Assembly: GCA_030390025.1 (NCBI GenBank) | Contig: CM059432.1 | Span: forward strand, 140,308,001-140,372,000 | Direction: 5' to 3' | Source: Squalus acanthias | Lineage: Eukaryota | DNA length: 64,000 bases | Shown here: positions 11,737 to 24,567 of the stretch, in pieces | Position numbering within the stretch: the first letter of the stretch is position 1 | Layout: the number at the start of each line of letters is the position of its first letter | Notes under the pieces: model-generated | The model's database searches: none | Seen by the model: the letters and a program-made list of their open reading frames with translations, nothing else | What the model was told of the DNA's origin: nothing | Program-made: the position numbers and the translations under genes

Positions 11737-12161
11737 AACATAGAACATAGAAAAATAGGAGCAGGAGTAGGCCATTCGGCCCTTCGAGCCTGCTCCGCCA
11801 TTCAACACGATCACGGCTGATCCTCTATCTCAATACCATATTCCCGCTGTCTCCCCATACCCCTTGATGCCTTTTGTGTCTAGAAATCTATCTATCTCCT
11901 TCTTAAATATATTCAGTGACTTGGCCTCCACAGCCTTCTGTGGTAGAGAATTCCACAGGTTCACCACCCTCTGAGTGAAGAAATTTCTCCTCATCTCAGT
12001 CCTAAATGTCCTACCCCGTATCCTGAGACTGTGACCCCTCGTTCTAGACCCTCCCCCCCAGCCAGAGGAAACATCCTCCCTGCATCCAGTCTGTCTAGCC
12101 CTGTCAGAATTTTATACGTTTCAATGAGATCCCCTCTCATTCTTCTAAACTCTAGTGAATA
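11737..12161 (-). mobile_element. CR1 LINE 3' end
   Basis: CR1 C-terminal coding region plus (CTATGTT)n-type tail on the minus strand. Confidence 0.9.
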
Positions 12162-13464
12162 ATGACCCAAACGAAAACCTACTGTGTTACTCAGTAACCA
12201 ACTTCAAATATCAGTCACAGCTTGGATTCAAGCTCCTGCTCGCTTGTTGGTAGTCCTTAATGAAATTACCATTAGGTTAAAACCGGTTATAGTATTGTCT
12301 TTATAGTGGAACCCCTCAATTGGACCTTTCCTTCCTTGTATATACGGTCTAAAACCTATTAGAGCTTTTTAATAGACTGACTTCTATAATTAACTTGCCC
12401 ATCTGGGTGTCTAAATGTACCTGAAATCCATCAGCGAGCTCTTTAATGGAGTGATTATTACAGCAAAGCTCTACATCTGTGTGCACCAGTGCATCTGAAA
12501 TTCATTAGTGATATCTTTATAGCGTCATGCTAACAATGAGCCTGCCCTATCTGTGAACTGAATGTGTGTTCCTGTGAAATCTATTAGGAAAATCTTTAAG
12601 AACTTGTGTTTACAGTGAGTTTGACAATCTAAGAACTGGATATCCGTGTGCCTGAAAGTCATTAGTAAGAACTGTATATATTCAGTACTACAATGAGCCC
12701 GTCTATCTGTGAATGCTTGTGTGTCTGAAGTACAAACTGGTAGCAGCTGTAATAATTTGGCAAGATGGACAAATCTGGTGAATTTTGACTAGTTCAATAA
12801 AAATAGTTGGAATGACAGAGAATTCAGACTTGAGGGATAGACAAAATACACCTTCAGTCTTTGTAGAACAGACTTGCAACAAGATGATCTCACCGTGGCA
12901 CCTGCTGGGATTCACGATGGTACCTGCTGGGATTCCACTGACCTGTGCAAGGCTCCATGTGCGCAGTATCCTTCCTTACCCTCCCATCAGTGGTGACAAC
13001 ATTGAGGCTACAACGAGGCCATACAGACCTGGATAAGGGCAGCGGTGTGGATATTACTGGCAGAGTTACATCACAAAGCCTTAAGTGTCAGATTTTCAGA
13101 ACTGAGCTATTTGAGGCCTCTATTCATGCCAAAAAAAAGCCCCACAAAAGTGGCTAAAAGAGCATCGCTGGGATCTCTGTGGACAAGTAACATGAGTGTA
13201 TTGCTCTTCATTTTTCGTTTGTTTTTACATTTTTTTCAATTTGTAATTGTTCTCAGTTACAGCACCGCACAGATTTATGCATTGAAAGCGTACTGTACGG
13301 CATAGGGGCGATTTTCTGAAGGTGTGGAGTTTCACCCGTAGGTCAGGAAATGGGAGGAAGGTGGTCAAGAGGCTTGGAATGGGAAGAAATTGGGCAGGTG
13401 TTGGGAGGCAGGCCTGGGAACACTGGAAACTGCCAGAACAATGATTCCAGTAACTGTTCCGAAT

Positions 13465-13950
13465 ACCTGAATAACCCTCCGAGATCTCTGCGCTCCTCCA
13501 ATTCTGGCCTCTGGCACATTCCCCGATTTCCTTCACTGCACCATTGGCGGCTGTGCCTTCTGGAATGCTCTCCCCAAACCTCTCCGCCTCTCACTCTCCT
13601 CCTTTAAGACGCTCCTTAAAACCTACCTCTTTGACCAAGCTTTTGGACATCTGCCCCAATATCTCCTTATGTGGCTCGGTGTCAAATTTTGTTTGTTAAC
13701 ACTTCTGTGAAGCACCTTGGGACCAACGCTCGTTGTGAGCTGCACTTTGTTCTGCTCGGCCTGTTTCTTTCAATGCGCGGTCCCTTTAAATTTCTGCGCA
13801 TGTGCGGTATTTCCAATGTAAAAGCTTGTGAGGGGCCTGCATGGGGCCTTGCAGATTACTGCGCGGCCACGCACGGACGCAGCTTAGAGGGAACATTGCT
13901 TGGGACATTTTAATACGTTAAAGGCACTATATAAATATAAGTTGTTGTTC
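13465..13950 (+). mobile_element. L2 LINE 3' end interrupted by a hAT-type MITE
   Basis: L2 3' sequence ending in gttgttgtt. Confidence 0.85.
13724..13898. mobile_element. hAT-type MITE
   Basis: Ends caacgctc / gaacattg; exact 8-bp TSD cttgggac (13716-13723, 13899-13906); related copy at 60194. Confidence 0.85.
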
Positions 13951-14033
13951 CAGATCTCCCACTCAGATCCCATTTCATTGTTAAAATTCTGGTTTAGAAT
14001 CTCTCTCTTTTTATCAATCCATTTGTAGAATGT

Positions 14034-14932
14034 ACATAAGAACATAAGACGTAGGAGCAAGGGTAGGCCATTTGGCCTCTCGAGCCTGCTCTGCCATTCA
14101 ATAAGATCATGGCTGATCTGATCTTGGCCTCAACTCCACTTCCCTGCCCGCTCCCCATAACCCTTCAGTCCCTTACCTTTCAAAAATCTGTCTATCTCCA
14201 CCTTAAATATATTCAATGACTCAGCCTCCACAGCTCTCTGGGGAAGAGAATTCCAAAGATTCACAACCCTCTGAGAGAAGAAATTCCTCCTCATTTCCAA
14301 TTTAAAAAGGTGCCCCCTTATTCTGAAATTATGCCCCCTAGTTCTAGATTCCCCCACGAGGAGCAACATCCTCTCTGCTTCTACCCTGTCAAACCCCTTC
14401 AGAATCTTATATGTTTCAATAAGATCCCCTCTCATTCTTCTAAACTCCAATGAGTATAGGCCCAACCTGCTCAACCTTTCTTCATAAGACAGCCCCTTCA
14501 TCTCTGGAATCAACCTCGTGAGCCTTCTCTGAACTGCCTCCAATGCAAGTATATCCTTCCTTAAATAGGAGACCAAAACTGTACGCAGTACGCCAGGTGT
14601 GGTCTCACCAACACCCTGTATAGTTGTAACAGGACTTCCCTACTTTTATACTCCATTCCCTTTGCAATAAAGGACAACACTCCATTTGCCTTCCTAATTA
14701 CTTGCTGTACCTGCATGCTAACTTTTTGTGATTCATGTACAAGGACCCCCAGATCCCTCTCCCCATTTAAATAATAATTTGCTTTTTTATTTTTCCTACC
14801 AAAGTGGGTAACCTCGCATTTTCCCACATTAAACTCCATCTGCCAGATTTTTGCCCACTCACTTAGCCTATCTATATCCCTTTGGAGATTCTTTGTGTCC
14901 TCCACACAATTTGCTTTCCCACCTATCTTTGT
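14034..14932 (-). mobile_element. CR1 LINE ORF2 3' portion, frameshifted
   Basis: LQRDIDRLSEWAKIWQMEFNVGKC...RRMRGDLIETYKIL...NFFSQRVVNLWNSLP. Confidence 0.95.
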
Positions 14933-15272
14933 TAAAATTCTGCATTCATCTTAATTCAACTGAAGTTTCTATATTATTATGCACCATTCCAGTTATATAA
15001 CGCACAGTCCCTTTCCATAACTTTATTTCCTGGCAATGAAACTGTAGTCCAAAAGTAATGTTATTGCGATGTAATAATTAGCTCTAATTCCATTTGGAGT
15101 TGTCACGTCATTTCCAGTTAGTTCCAATACTAGTTATGGTTCTGATTCTAGTTCTAATTCCCACAGATAAAAATGCTTTTACGCTATTTATGTCTTTATT
15201 TAATTTACTGGTTCCTCCTCCTCCAGAAATGTTTTTTTATAAACTGCCCATCCTATTCTGACAGAACACATT

Positions 15273-15992
15273 GGCCCAAAAATTACTGCGTACTCTCGCG
15301 TATTCTGTCTCCAATTGCCGGTTTTCTGCATGCCCTGCGCATGCGCTGAAAACCGGCACTTGGTGAATGGAAAAGGGGGCGGTTCCTCGGTGAACCGCGT
15401 GCGCGCTACAGGCTGCGCGCACGCTGTGCACTTAGTGGTTTCAACGCGCAGGTAAGTACGGAAGATTTTACACATAAAAAAAGGAGGAGTAAGACCCACT
15501 TTTAACAAGGTAAGTAGTGAATTAAGTATTATTTTGAATTTTTTTTAACAGGTATATCTTTTTTAGAGACTTTAAAGACAGGTAAGTTTATTTTTATAAC
15601 TTTTTAAAAGATTTTAAATGTTTTCAAAAATTTAATTTTTTATTTAAAATGGTTAATTTATTTAACTATACTTATTTTATTAATGTGATGGTTTTTTTTA
15701 AAATTTAATTGAGGTTTAGCTGTTCTTTTGGGGGGGGTATAGATTCATAGCTTTCACAGCACGTATGTGAAAGTTATGAATGGAAGATGGTGTGCTGCCA
15801 TTGGCTCTAACTGAGTCACGTGATCCCACAGCTCGCACGAATTAACTACGCCTGTGGGATACGCAAGCCCAGCACAGCAGCTGTCCAGAACATCAAGTTC
15901 GTGCGAGCTGGAACTGAAAAAGCCAACGTGCAGTGAGAGATCGCGGGGAAGCCTTACCCTCGCACGAAGGCTTCCTCACGAATTTTTGGGCC
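15273..15992 (+). mobile_element. MITE family A, copy 2
   Basis: TIRs ggcccaaaaatt / aatttttgggcc, ATT TSD; lacks one arm of the first subterminal hairpin. Confidence 0.9.
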
Positions 15993-16788
15993 ATTACCTT
16001 TGTGAAGAAAGAGGGAAGAGTGTAAGAAAGGAAGAAAAAACATGCATTTTTATAGCAGCCTTTCATGACCTCAGGACGTCCCAAAGCGCTGTACAACCAA
16101 TCCAGTACTTTTTCAAAGTGTAGTCACTGTCGTAATATTGGAAACATTAAGCATGAATGGTTATCACTGTTGGATAAAAGATATAGGAAGGGAAAGACTG
16201 CCCTTGTCAGAAATGGGAAGATAGGGGGATAGTGCCATTGGAGAGAAAGAGGCAGCTTGAGTCCGAGTCTAAGTCCAAATTGGTTAAAAGTATCTCGCCG
16301 CTGATTTATAATTTTGTGCAGCAGTGGTGACAAGCAGTTCCTTTCCAAACCAGCGCAATTCTCTCAGACTTTGCTACTTCCAGCTGACCTTTGTCAACGT
16401 AGCTTCTAGATAAACATTTTTGTTGAAACCCTGGACTTGGGAGACTTTCGCAATTCAGGGATTCCCCTCCTCTTCAGTTGAAATCAAACGGTTGGTTTCC
16501 AAGCAGCTGTAAATAAAACATAAGTTTAAGTGCCCCAGTTCTGGAAACAGATCAAAAGGCAAGTCTGATACCTCCAAGAAAGTGAGGCATATTTTGGTGA
16601 ATGTTGCTTTCGCTACAGGAGTATCTTTCTTTTGTTCATTCTCGGCATGTGAGCATTGCTGCCAAGGCCGGCATTTAGTACACATCCCACGTTGCTCTGA
16701 GAAGGTGGTGGTGGGCCTTCTCCATGTATAGAAAGAAAAGTGAGAAGTCGCACAACACTAGGTTATAGTCCAACAGCTTTATTTGAAA

Positions 16789-16825
16789 TCACAAGCTTTC
16801 GGAGCGCTGCTCCTTCGTCAGGTGA
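16789..16825 (-). ncRNA. Minimal hammerhead ribozyme motif (PLE-type)
   Basis: ucac CUGACGA a ggagc-agc-gcucc GAAA gc UU guga on the minus strand. Confidence 0.75.
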
Positions 16826-16827
16826 CT

Positions 16828-16865
16828 TCACCTGACGAAGGAGCAGCCGCTCCGAAAGCTTGTGA
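16828..16865 (+). ncRNA. Minimal hammerhead ribozyme motif (PLE-type)
   Basis: Same motif with a 1-nt insertion in loop II. Confidence 0.75.
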
Positions 16866-16960
16866 TTTCAAATAAAGCTGTTGGACTATAACCTGGTGTT
16901 GTGCGACTTCTCACATTTGTCCACCCCAGTCCAACACCGGCATCTCCACATCATGGCTAC

Positions 16961-17415
16961 TATAGAAGGAAAGAAAGACTTGCATTTATATAGCATCTTT
17001 AACACCCTCAGGACGTCCCAACGCGCTTTACAGCCACTGAAGAACTTTTGAAGTGTAGTCACTGTTGTAATGTAGGAAACGCGGCAGCCAATTTGTGCAC
17101 AGCAAGCTCCCACAGACAGCAATGTGATAATGAGCAGATAATCTGTTTTTAATGATGTTGGTTGGGGGATAAATATTGGCCAGGGCACCGTGGAGAACTC
17201 CTCTGCTCTTCTTTGAAATAGTACCATGGGATCTTTTACGTCCACCTGAGAGGGCAGACGGGACCTCGGTTTAACGTCTCATCTGAAAGACGGCACCTCC
17301 GACATTGCAGCGCTCCCTCAATACTGCACTGGAGTGTCAGCCTAGATTTTGTCCGTAAGTCTCTGGAGTGGGACTTGAACCCACAACCATCTGACAAGAG
17401 GTGAGAGTGCTTACC
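16961..17415 (-). mobile_element. DeuSINE (SacSINE1-like tRNA-derived SINE with L2-like tail)
   Basis: B box ggttcaagtcc, Deu-type core gatgagacgttaaaccgagg...aaagatcccatgg, tail gctatataaatgcaagtctttc. Confidence 0.85.
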
Positions 17416-17904
17416 CCTGCAGTCCTTGTAGTGATGGCATTCCCACATTGGTGTTAAGTAGGGAATTCCAGGACTTTGTTCCAGTGACAATGAATGCCGA
17501 TATATGTCCCAAGTTCTGTGTGTGACTTGTTGGGAACTTGGAGATGATGGTAATTCAATGACTTTGCTTCTCTTGTCTTTCTCAGTGCTAGATGTCGTGG
17601 GCTAAAAAGTGTTGTCGATGGGATGGGTGAGTTTATGGGTTAATTTTGTTGTGGGGGGGGGGTTAGAATTGTTTCATTTTTTAATGAATTTATTGTAGAT
17701 TTTTTTCTTAGGAGTCTAATTTTAGTGATGGGTGAAAAAGCAAATTGGTAACTGAAACAACTGAATACTGTTTCAACAATGAGATCATTTGCTGTTGTTG
17801 TGATTGCCAGAGGCTCACTGGCTGCATTATACTGGGTTTTTAGTCAAAGGACCATTTCAGCCAATGGATACTGGTTGGTGTTTCATTTGTTTCTTTTTCC
17901 ATCA

Positions 17905-18295
17905 AGGAGAGGTTTATGGGGAGATTCAATAGAGGTGTTCCAAATCATGAAGGGCTTTGATGGAGTAAATAAGGAGAAACTGTTTCCACTGGCAGGAGGG
18001 TCAGTAACCAGAGGACACAGATTTAAGATAATTGGCAAAAGAACCAGAGGGGGAGATGAGAATTTTTTTTACTCAGCGAGTTGTTGTGATCTGGAATGCA
18101 CTGCCTGAAAGGGCGGTGGAAGCAGATTCAATAGTAACTTTTAAGAGGGAATTGGATAAATACTTGAAAATTTGCAGAGCTATGGGGAAAGAGCAGGGTG
18201 GGGGCAGAGTGGGACTAATTGGATAACTCTTTCAAAGAGCTGGCACAGGCACGATGGGCCAAATGGCCTCCTCCTGTGCTGTCTGATTCTATGAT
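17905..18295 (+). mobile_element. CR1 LINE 3' end
   Basis: GDSIEVFQIMKGFD...TRGHRFK...FFTQRVVVIWNALP. Confidence 0.9.
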
Positions 18296-18583
18296 CAGTA
18301 CAATAGTTGAATCAATCAAGATTTCTTTGGCCCACAAACACACTCCCTGTGTAACAGAAACTTTCTCACGCCCTAAGGATGCAGGTTGATGAAAGACTTC
18401 AAATTATGGCTAGATGTGTTAATAAATATCTTGTCGTAGAAATATCCAATCAACTCAATCACCAGCTCGGCAGTCCGATATCAACTCTTGTGTATTTCTT
18501 TTAAAAGTGCAAGGTCAGAATGTGGATCAGAGTAAATATGTAAATATCCTCCCGTGTTGCCTGCTTTTAATTATACGTATATT

Positions 18584-19349
18584 GGCCCGAAAATTAAACC
18601 TAATACGCGAGAGTACGCACTGTGTACTCTCGCGTATTAGATCCCGAATTGCCGGTTTCCTGCATGCACTGCGCATGCGCAGGAAACCGGCACTTCGTGT
18701 ATTGCAAAGGGGCGGTTCCTAAGTGAACCGCGTGCGCACTACAGGCTGCGCGCACGCAGTGCACTTAGTTTTTTTTTCAGCTTTGAACGCGCAGGTAAGT
18801 GGTGAAGATTTTACACATAAAGAAAGCAGGCGTAGGACCCCCTTTTAACAAGGTAAGTAGTTAATTAAGTGTTATTTTAAATTTTTTTCAACAGGTTTAT
18901 CTTTTTTAGAGACTTTAAAGAAAGGTAAGTTTATTTTTATAACTTTTAAAAAGATTTTACAGTTTTTCAAAAATTTAATTTATTGTTTAAAGTGGTTAAT
19001 TTATTTAACTATACTTATTTTATTAATGTGATGGCTTTTAAAAAAAAATTTAATTGAGGTTTAGCTGTTCTTTTGGGGGTTTGTAGTATTCATAGCTTTG
19101 ACAGCCCTTGCTGTTAAAACTATGAATGAAAGATGGTGTGCTGCCATTGGAATCTAACTGAATCACGTGATCCCAGAGCTCGCACGAACTAATTGCGCCT
19201 CTGGGATACGCAAGCACTGCACGGTTGCAACAGGGAGAGGCTTTGAAACTAAAGTTCGTGTGGGCCCCAAACAAAAAGGTAGGCGCGGAGTGCGATATCG
19301 CGGGGAATCCTTACCCCCGCGGGAACCATCGATGTTTAATTTCTGGGCC
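18584..19349 (+). mobile_element. MITE family A, copy 3
   Basis: TIRs ggcccgaaaatt / aatttctgggcc; collinear with copies 1 and 2. Confidence 0.9.
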
Positions 19350-19902
19350 TATATGTTTACCCATGTCGTCTACTAATTACACCAATCCATTCAGTACGAC
19401 ATTCTGTAAAAATGTCTAATTTTTATCAACATAAGTATGTTACAGATACAATCACAAATGGTTTCCTTACATTACGACGGTGACTACACTTCAAAAGTAC
19501 TTCATTGGCTGTAAAGCACTTTGGGACATCCTGAGGTCATGAAAGGTGCTGTAGAAATGCAAGTCTTTCTTTCTTTTTGGATTACTAATCTGTTGGATTG
19601 GGTCTTCAACAAGAACTGACACCTTTAATACCGAGGCAAGGACCAACTCGGAAACATTTCAGACAATGCACACCATTGCAATGCAGCTGCAACCATCCAT
19701 TTTACGATGTGCTTGCACCTATATTATTTTTCATTTAGGCTGCAATCACCTCACGCTGTGGCCGTGGACCTTGCCTGCTGTTTCGCCTCAAATGTTCCTT
19801 CCACATCTTTGAAGAACAAGGGCACCGACTACCATATTCTACAGTTTAGCCCATTATTCAAGATCATTAGATCCCCAGTGAGTCCACCAATACCACATTG
19901 GT

Positions 19903-20640
19903 GCCAGTGTGCCAGTGCAGTCTTCGGTCGCCTGGGGGAGAGAGTGTTTGAAGACCAGGACCTCAAACCCGGCACCAAGCTCATGGTCTACAGAGCAGTA
20001 GTAATACCCGCCCTGCTGTATGACTCAGGGACATGGACCATGTACAGCAGGCACCTCAAAGCACCGGAGAGGTACCACCAATGCTGCCTCCGCAAGGTCC
20101 TGCAAATCCATTGGCAGGATAGGCACACCAATGTCAGTGTTCTCGCTCAGGCCAACATCCCTAGCATCGAAGCTTTGACCACGCTCGATCAGCTCCGATG
20201 GATGGGTCACATCGTCCGCATGCCCGATACGAGACTCCCAAAACAAGCGCTCTACTCGGAGCTCCAACACGGCAAGAGAGCCCCAGGTGGGCAGAGGAAA
20301 CGCTTCAAGGACACCCTCAAAGCCTCCTTGAAAAAGTGCAACATCCCCACTGACACCTGGGAATCCTGGCCCAAGACCGTACAAAGTGGCGGAGAAGCAT
20401 CCGGGAAGGTGCCGAACACCTCGAGTCTCTTCGCCAGGAGCAAGCGGAAGCCAAGCGCAAACAGCGGAATGAGCGCACGTCAACCCAAGCACCCCACCCA
20501 CCCGCCCCTTCAACCACCGTCTGCCCCACCTGTGACAGAGACTGTAGGTCCTGCATTGGACTCATCAGTCACCTGAGAACTCATTTATAATGTGGAAGCA
20601 AGTCATCCTCGGTTCCGAGGGACTGCCTAAGAAGAGAAGA
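19903..20640 (+). mobile_element. RTE-clade LINE 3' fragment
   Basis: KLMVYRAVVIPALLY...LRWMGHIVRMPDTRLPKQALY...GGQRKRFKDTLK; shifted-frame C2H2-like end CPTCDRDC...SHLRTH; (AAG)-type tail. Confidence 0.9.
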
Positions 20641-20894
20641 CTACATTATCGCCAAAAGGAAGTGTCATATTCTTTCAGAATTGGCTAAAACACACTCTTA
20701 TGGTAATAAAAAGAGAAAATGCTAGAAACACTTGAAAAGAAAAAAATTGCAGTGCTATGGGGAAAAGGAGGGGTGTGGGACTAATTGGATCACTCTTTCA
20801 AAGAGCCGGCACAGGCACGATGGGCCTCCTCTGTGCTCTAAGATTCATTCCTGCATTCTATGATAAATTGCACAAATATCAGTCAGTATATGAA

Positions 20895-21530
20895 GGAAAG
20901 AAAGACTTGCATTTCTATAGCACCTTTCACAACCACCGGACATCTCAAGCGTTTACAGCCGATGAAGTATAGTCACTGCTGTAATGCCACAGAAGGCAGT
21001 AGAGGCTAATTCATTAAATAGATTCAAGAAGGAGTTGGATATATTTCTTAAGGCTAAAGGGATCAAGGGATATGGGGAGAAAGCAGGGACAGGGTACTGA
21101 ATTTGGATGATCAGCCATGATCGCATTGAATGGCAGCGCAGGCTAGAGGGTCTGAATGGCCTACTCCTGCTCCTATCTTCTATGATTCTATGATTCTATG
21201 AAATGCAGCAGGTTCCCACAAACAGCAATGTGATAATGACCAGATCATCTGTTTTAGGGATGTTGATTAATATTGGACAGGACACCAGGGAGAACACCCC
21301 TACTCTTCTTCGATAATAGTGCCATGGGATCTTTTATGTCCAATCTGAGAGAGCAGACAGGGCCTACCGTTTAACGGCTCATCTGAAGGACGGCACCACC
21401 GACAATGTAGCACTCCCTCAGTACTGCACTGGGATTATCAGCTGTGCTCAAGTCACTGGAGTGGGGCTATGAACCCACAACCTTCATGACGCAGAGGCAA
21501 GCGTGCTACCCACTGAGCCACAGCTGACAC
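20895..21530 (-). mobile_element. DeuSINE interrupted by a plus-strand CR1 tail (about 20985-21200)
   Basis: SINE sequence resumes after the (ctatgatt)n CR1 tail. Confidence 0.85.
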
Positions 21531-22796
21531 TTCCATTCATATCGTGCCATTCACGTCATTGAGATGCCCCAAAGCACTTCACAGCCAATGAGCAAAGAGC
21601 TAAATGTTATAGTTGAGACCTTCACACTGATATGGTGACCTCTCTTTCTCCTTGCAATCCTCTCTGACCTCCTGCGCATTTTCTCTTCTTATTTCAGATT
21701 TGCCGTTTCTGTAATTTTTTTTTTAAATCCTTACAACGCTATGCAAACAAGACTTCCGTACAAGGGCATAACAAGTCAGGCAACGAGCCATTCTCTATAA
21801 ATTTAATTACACTTTGTGTACCAATCTCTTAGAACATCTGCTACTCTCAAGTGAAAGTAATTATGGGACTCTCTAAGTGACTTGATAAATGACTGGCATG
21901 TGTCAAACTGTTTGACAGTGAACTTTAGACTTGGTGGCACCTCATTTAGCAGGTCCTAAGTCAGCCTTAGGCATTAGAAATTTCGTTCTGGACATTTAAT
22001 ACCCTCTGCTCCCCATAGTCCCTAGCCTTCTCTCTGCATAATGCCTGATGTTTCACTCCTAACCAATGCATTCAGTGTAATGACAATTGAAAAGTTGGAC
22101 AGAAAGTACTAAAATAAACATGGCCATTAACTCCACCTTTTCAGCAGCTAATGTCTTGTTACTCAGCAGACAGTTCTCAAATTTCAGTTTTTAAAATTAA
22201 TTACTAGCAGATGCCCAGATCAGAAAGGAACTTTGAAAAGAAATATACAACAAGGGGATTTCTGTAGTCTATAAATTGACATTTTTATATTAACTGGACC
22301 AATTGTTATGGAACTTGAACCCACAGTTATTAGAAATACAATCGGTTCCAAATCAAAAACAAATGAATAATTTCTGAAACAAGTGCTTTGTAGATGGACT
22401 GAAGAATTGCTGCCATTAATCAGTTGTGGGGCAGGGGGTGGGATGCAGCTTTAAACAGAGCATTTCCATTTTTTTTTAGCAAAAGGCCTTTAGAAATGTT
22501 TTTTCAAAAATTACATTCTACCCCATCACGAGTTCAGGGTTTCTATCCCATACCTGATTCTAATGGTCTAATATTCTGAAAGGAAGGCAGCGTAACAATT
22601 CTGGCTTTTTCACATTGATCTGAAATAGTTTCTCTGCACAGAGCAGAACCATTTCAGACATCACCCGGCAGAGTTCAATTTAGAAGGCACTGTCAAAATA
22701 CGCCATTAACTATCTTCTTTAGCCATCCAGTCAGTTCTTATAGGACTCTTACATATTTGTAGAACATAACCCATAGGATTACCATAAGAACCTATT

Positions 22797-23366
22797 GATC
22801 TGCTACTGAAACCCTCATCCATGCCTTTGTTAATTCTAGACTCGACTATTCCAACGCTCTCCTGGCCGGCCTCCCATCTTCCACCCTCCATAAACTTGAG
22901 CTTATCCAAAACTCTGCTGCCCGTATACTAACACGCACCAAGTCCCGTATGTCTATCACCCTACATTGCCTCCCGGTCCGTCTCATCCTTGTGTTCAAAC
23001 CCCTCCATGGCCTCCCTCCTCCCTATCTCTGTAACCTCCTCCAGCCCCACAAACCTCCGAGATCTCTGCGCTCCTCCAATTCTGGCCTCTTGCACATCCC
23101 CGATTTCCTTCGCCCCACCATTGGCGGCCGTGCCTTCAGCTGCCTGGGCCCTAAGCTTTGGAATTCCCTCCCTAAACCTCTCTGCCTCGCTACCTCTCGT
23201 TCCTCCTTTAAGACGCTCTTTTAAAACCTACCTCTTTGACCAAGCTTTTGGTCACCTGTCCTAAAATGTGGCTTGGTGTCTAATTTTAATTGATAATCGC
23301 TCCTGTGAAGCACCTTGGGGCATTTTACTACATTAAAGGTGCTATATAAATGCAAGTTGTTGTTGT
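22797..23366 (+). mobile_element. L2 LINE 3' end
   Basis: LHCLPV...PPRSLRSSNSGLL...GGRAFSCLGPKLWNSLP; (TTG)n tail. Confidence 0.9.
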
Positions 23367-24213
23367 AAACTCTATAATAGGGTCAGAAATATAATAATCC
23401 TGTAGGATACTTCATTGAGACTGATGATCTATTCTGATTGCGTTGAACTGAATATACAGATAAGGGCACCAGTAATATATCTCATTCAGAGAGGGGTGGC
23501 AAAATAGTAACACAAGTTTTGAATAACTTAATCATAACCCATTTGCAATTATTAAGCAAATCAAAAAATGTCCCCCCACTTTTTTCCTCCTTCGTTTTCT
23601 GTTGTAATTCCATGCATGTCACAGTAATAATGGCCCTGAAATTCGCCTCTCCGGCTTGCCGCGGGGGTAAGGATCGCGCGCGCACTTACCTACTGCACCT
23701 GTCGTTGTGTTTTGGGCCCACGGGAACTTCAGCTCCTGGGCCTGCTCCAAGTGCCGGCGCGCAGTGCTTGCGTGTCCCAGGGGCGCAGTTAGTGCGATGC
23801 GTCCCCTGGGATCACATGGGCCATGGAGAGCCAATGGCAGCAGACCATTTTTCATTCATAGATTTGACAGGAAGACCTGTCAAATCTGTGAATTGAAATC
23901 GGCCCCAAAAGAACAGCTAAACTTAAAATAATTTTTTTTTAAAACCATCACATTTATAAAATAACTATAGTTAAATAAATTAACCACTTTAAACAAAAAT
24001 TTTAATTTTTGAAAAAATTAAAATACTTTTTAAAAGTGATAAAAATAAACTTACCTTTCTTTAAAATATCTAAAAAAGATAAACCTGTTGAAATTTTTTT
24101 TTAATTATACTTAATTAACCACTTACCTTGTTGAAAACGGGTCCTGCGCCTCCTTTTTATAAAAGTGAGAAGTTGCACAACACCAGGTTATAGTCCAACA
24201 GTTTTATTTGAAA

Positions 24214-24250
24214 TCACAAGCTTTCGGAGCGCTGCTCCTTCGTCAGGTGA
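24214..24250 (-). ncRNA. Minimal hammerhead ribozyme motif in the left arm
   Basis: Reverse complement of 26458-26494; core intact. Confidence 0.75.
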
Positions 24251-24567
24251 AGTAAAGGAATACAAATCGACAAAGCATATATAGATAGAGAACAATGCAT
24301 GTGAAGCGTACAATGGCAGACGCCTACATTTAATCCTCCTGACTGCCTTTTGTCACACCTCGGCAGATAAACAATCAGGTCAGCCAGGAAGGCACCACAT
24401 CAAAGACATAGCAAGATACAACTGAGACAATGAGGTGGGGTTACAGGGGGTCTAATGTGTCAAAAGCTGCAGTCTGTATGGAAAATGATAAACTTTAAAA
24501 TTTTTACTTTTTTTTACTGGAAATCACATCTGTGAACAAGCCAACGACGACTTGAGTCTGGATGACT

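Larger units (their letters stand above)
16739..16960. mobile_element. Miniature palindromic Penelope-like insertion (family 1) with a hammerhead motif on each strand
   Basis: About 90-bp inverted arms centred at 16826-16827, extra 3' tail on the right arm, TSD tatagaaagaaa / tatagaaggaaa; matches the termini of 24161-26579. Confidence 0.9.

Noticed and set aside
16455..16685. Homologous short ORFs here and at 58921-59127 with an LRR-like look (LPFDLFPELGHLNL)
   Set aside because: Non-ATG starts inside a LINE tail, LxxNxL spacing is off and there are no splice signals; the DNA duplication explains the similarity.
19707..20576. 289-aa ORF as a host gene
   Set aside because: RTE LINE fragment with a fortuitous upstream extension and a frameshifted end.
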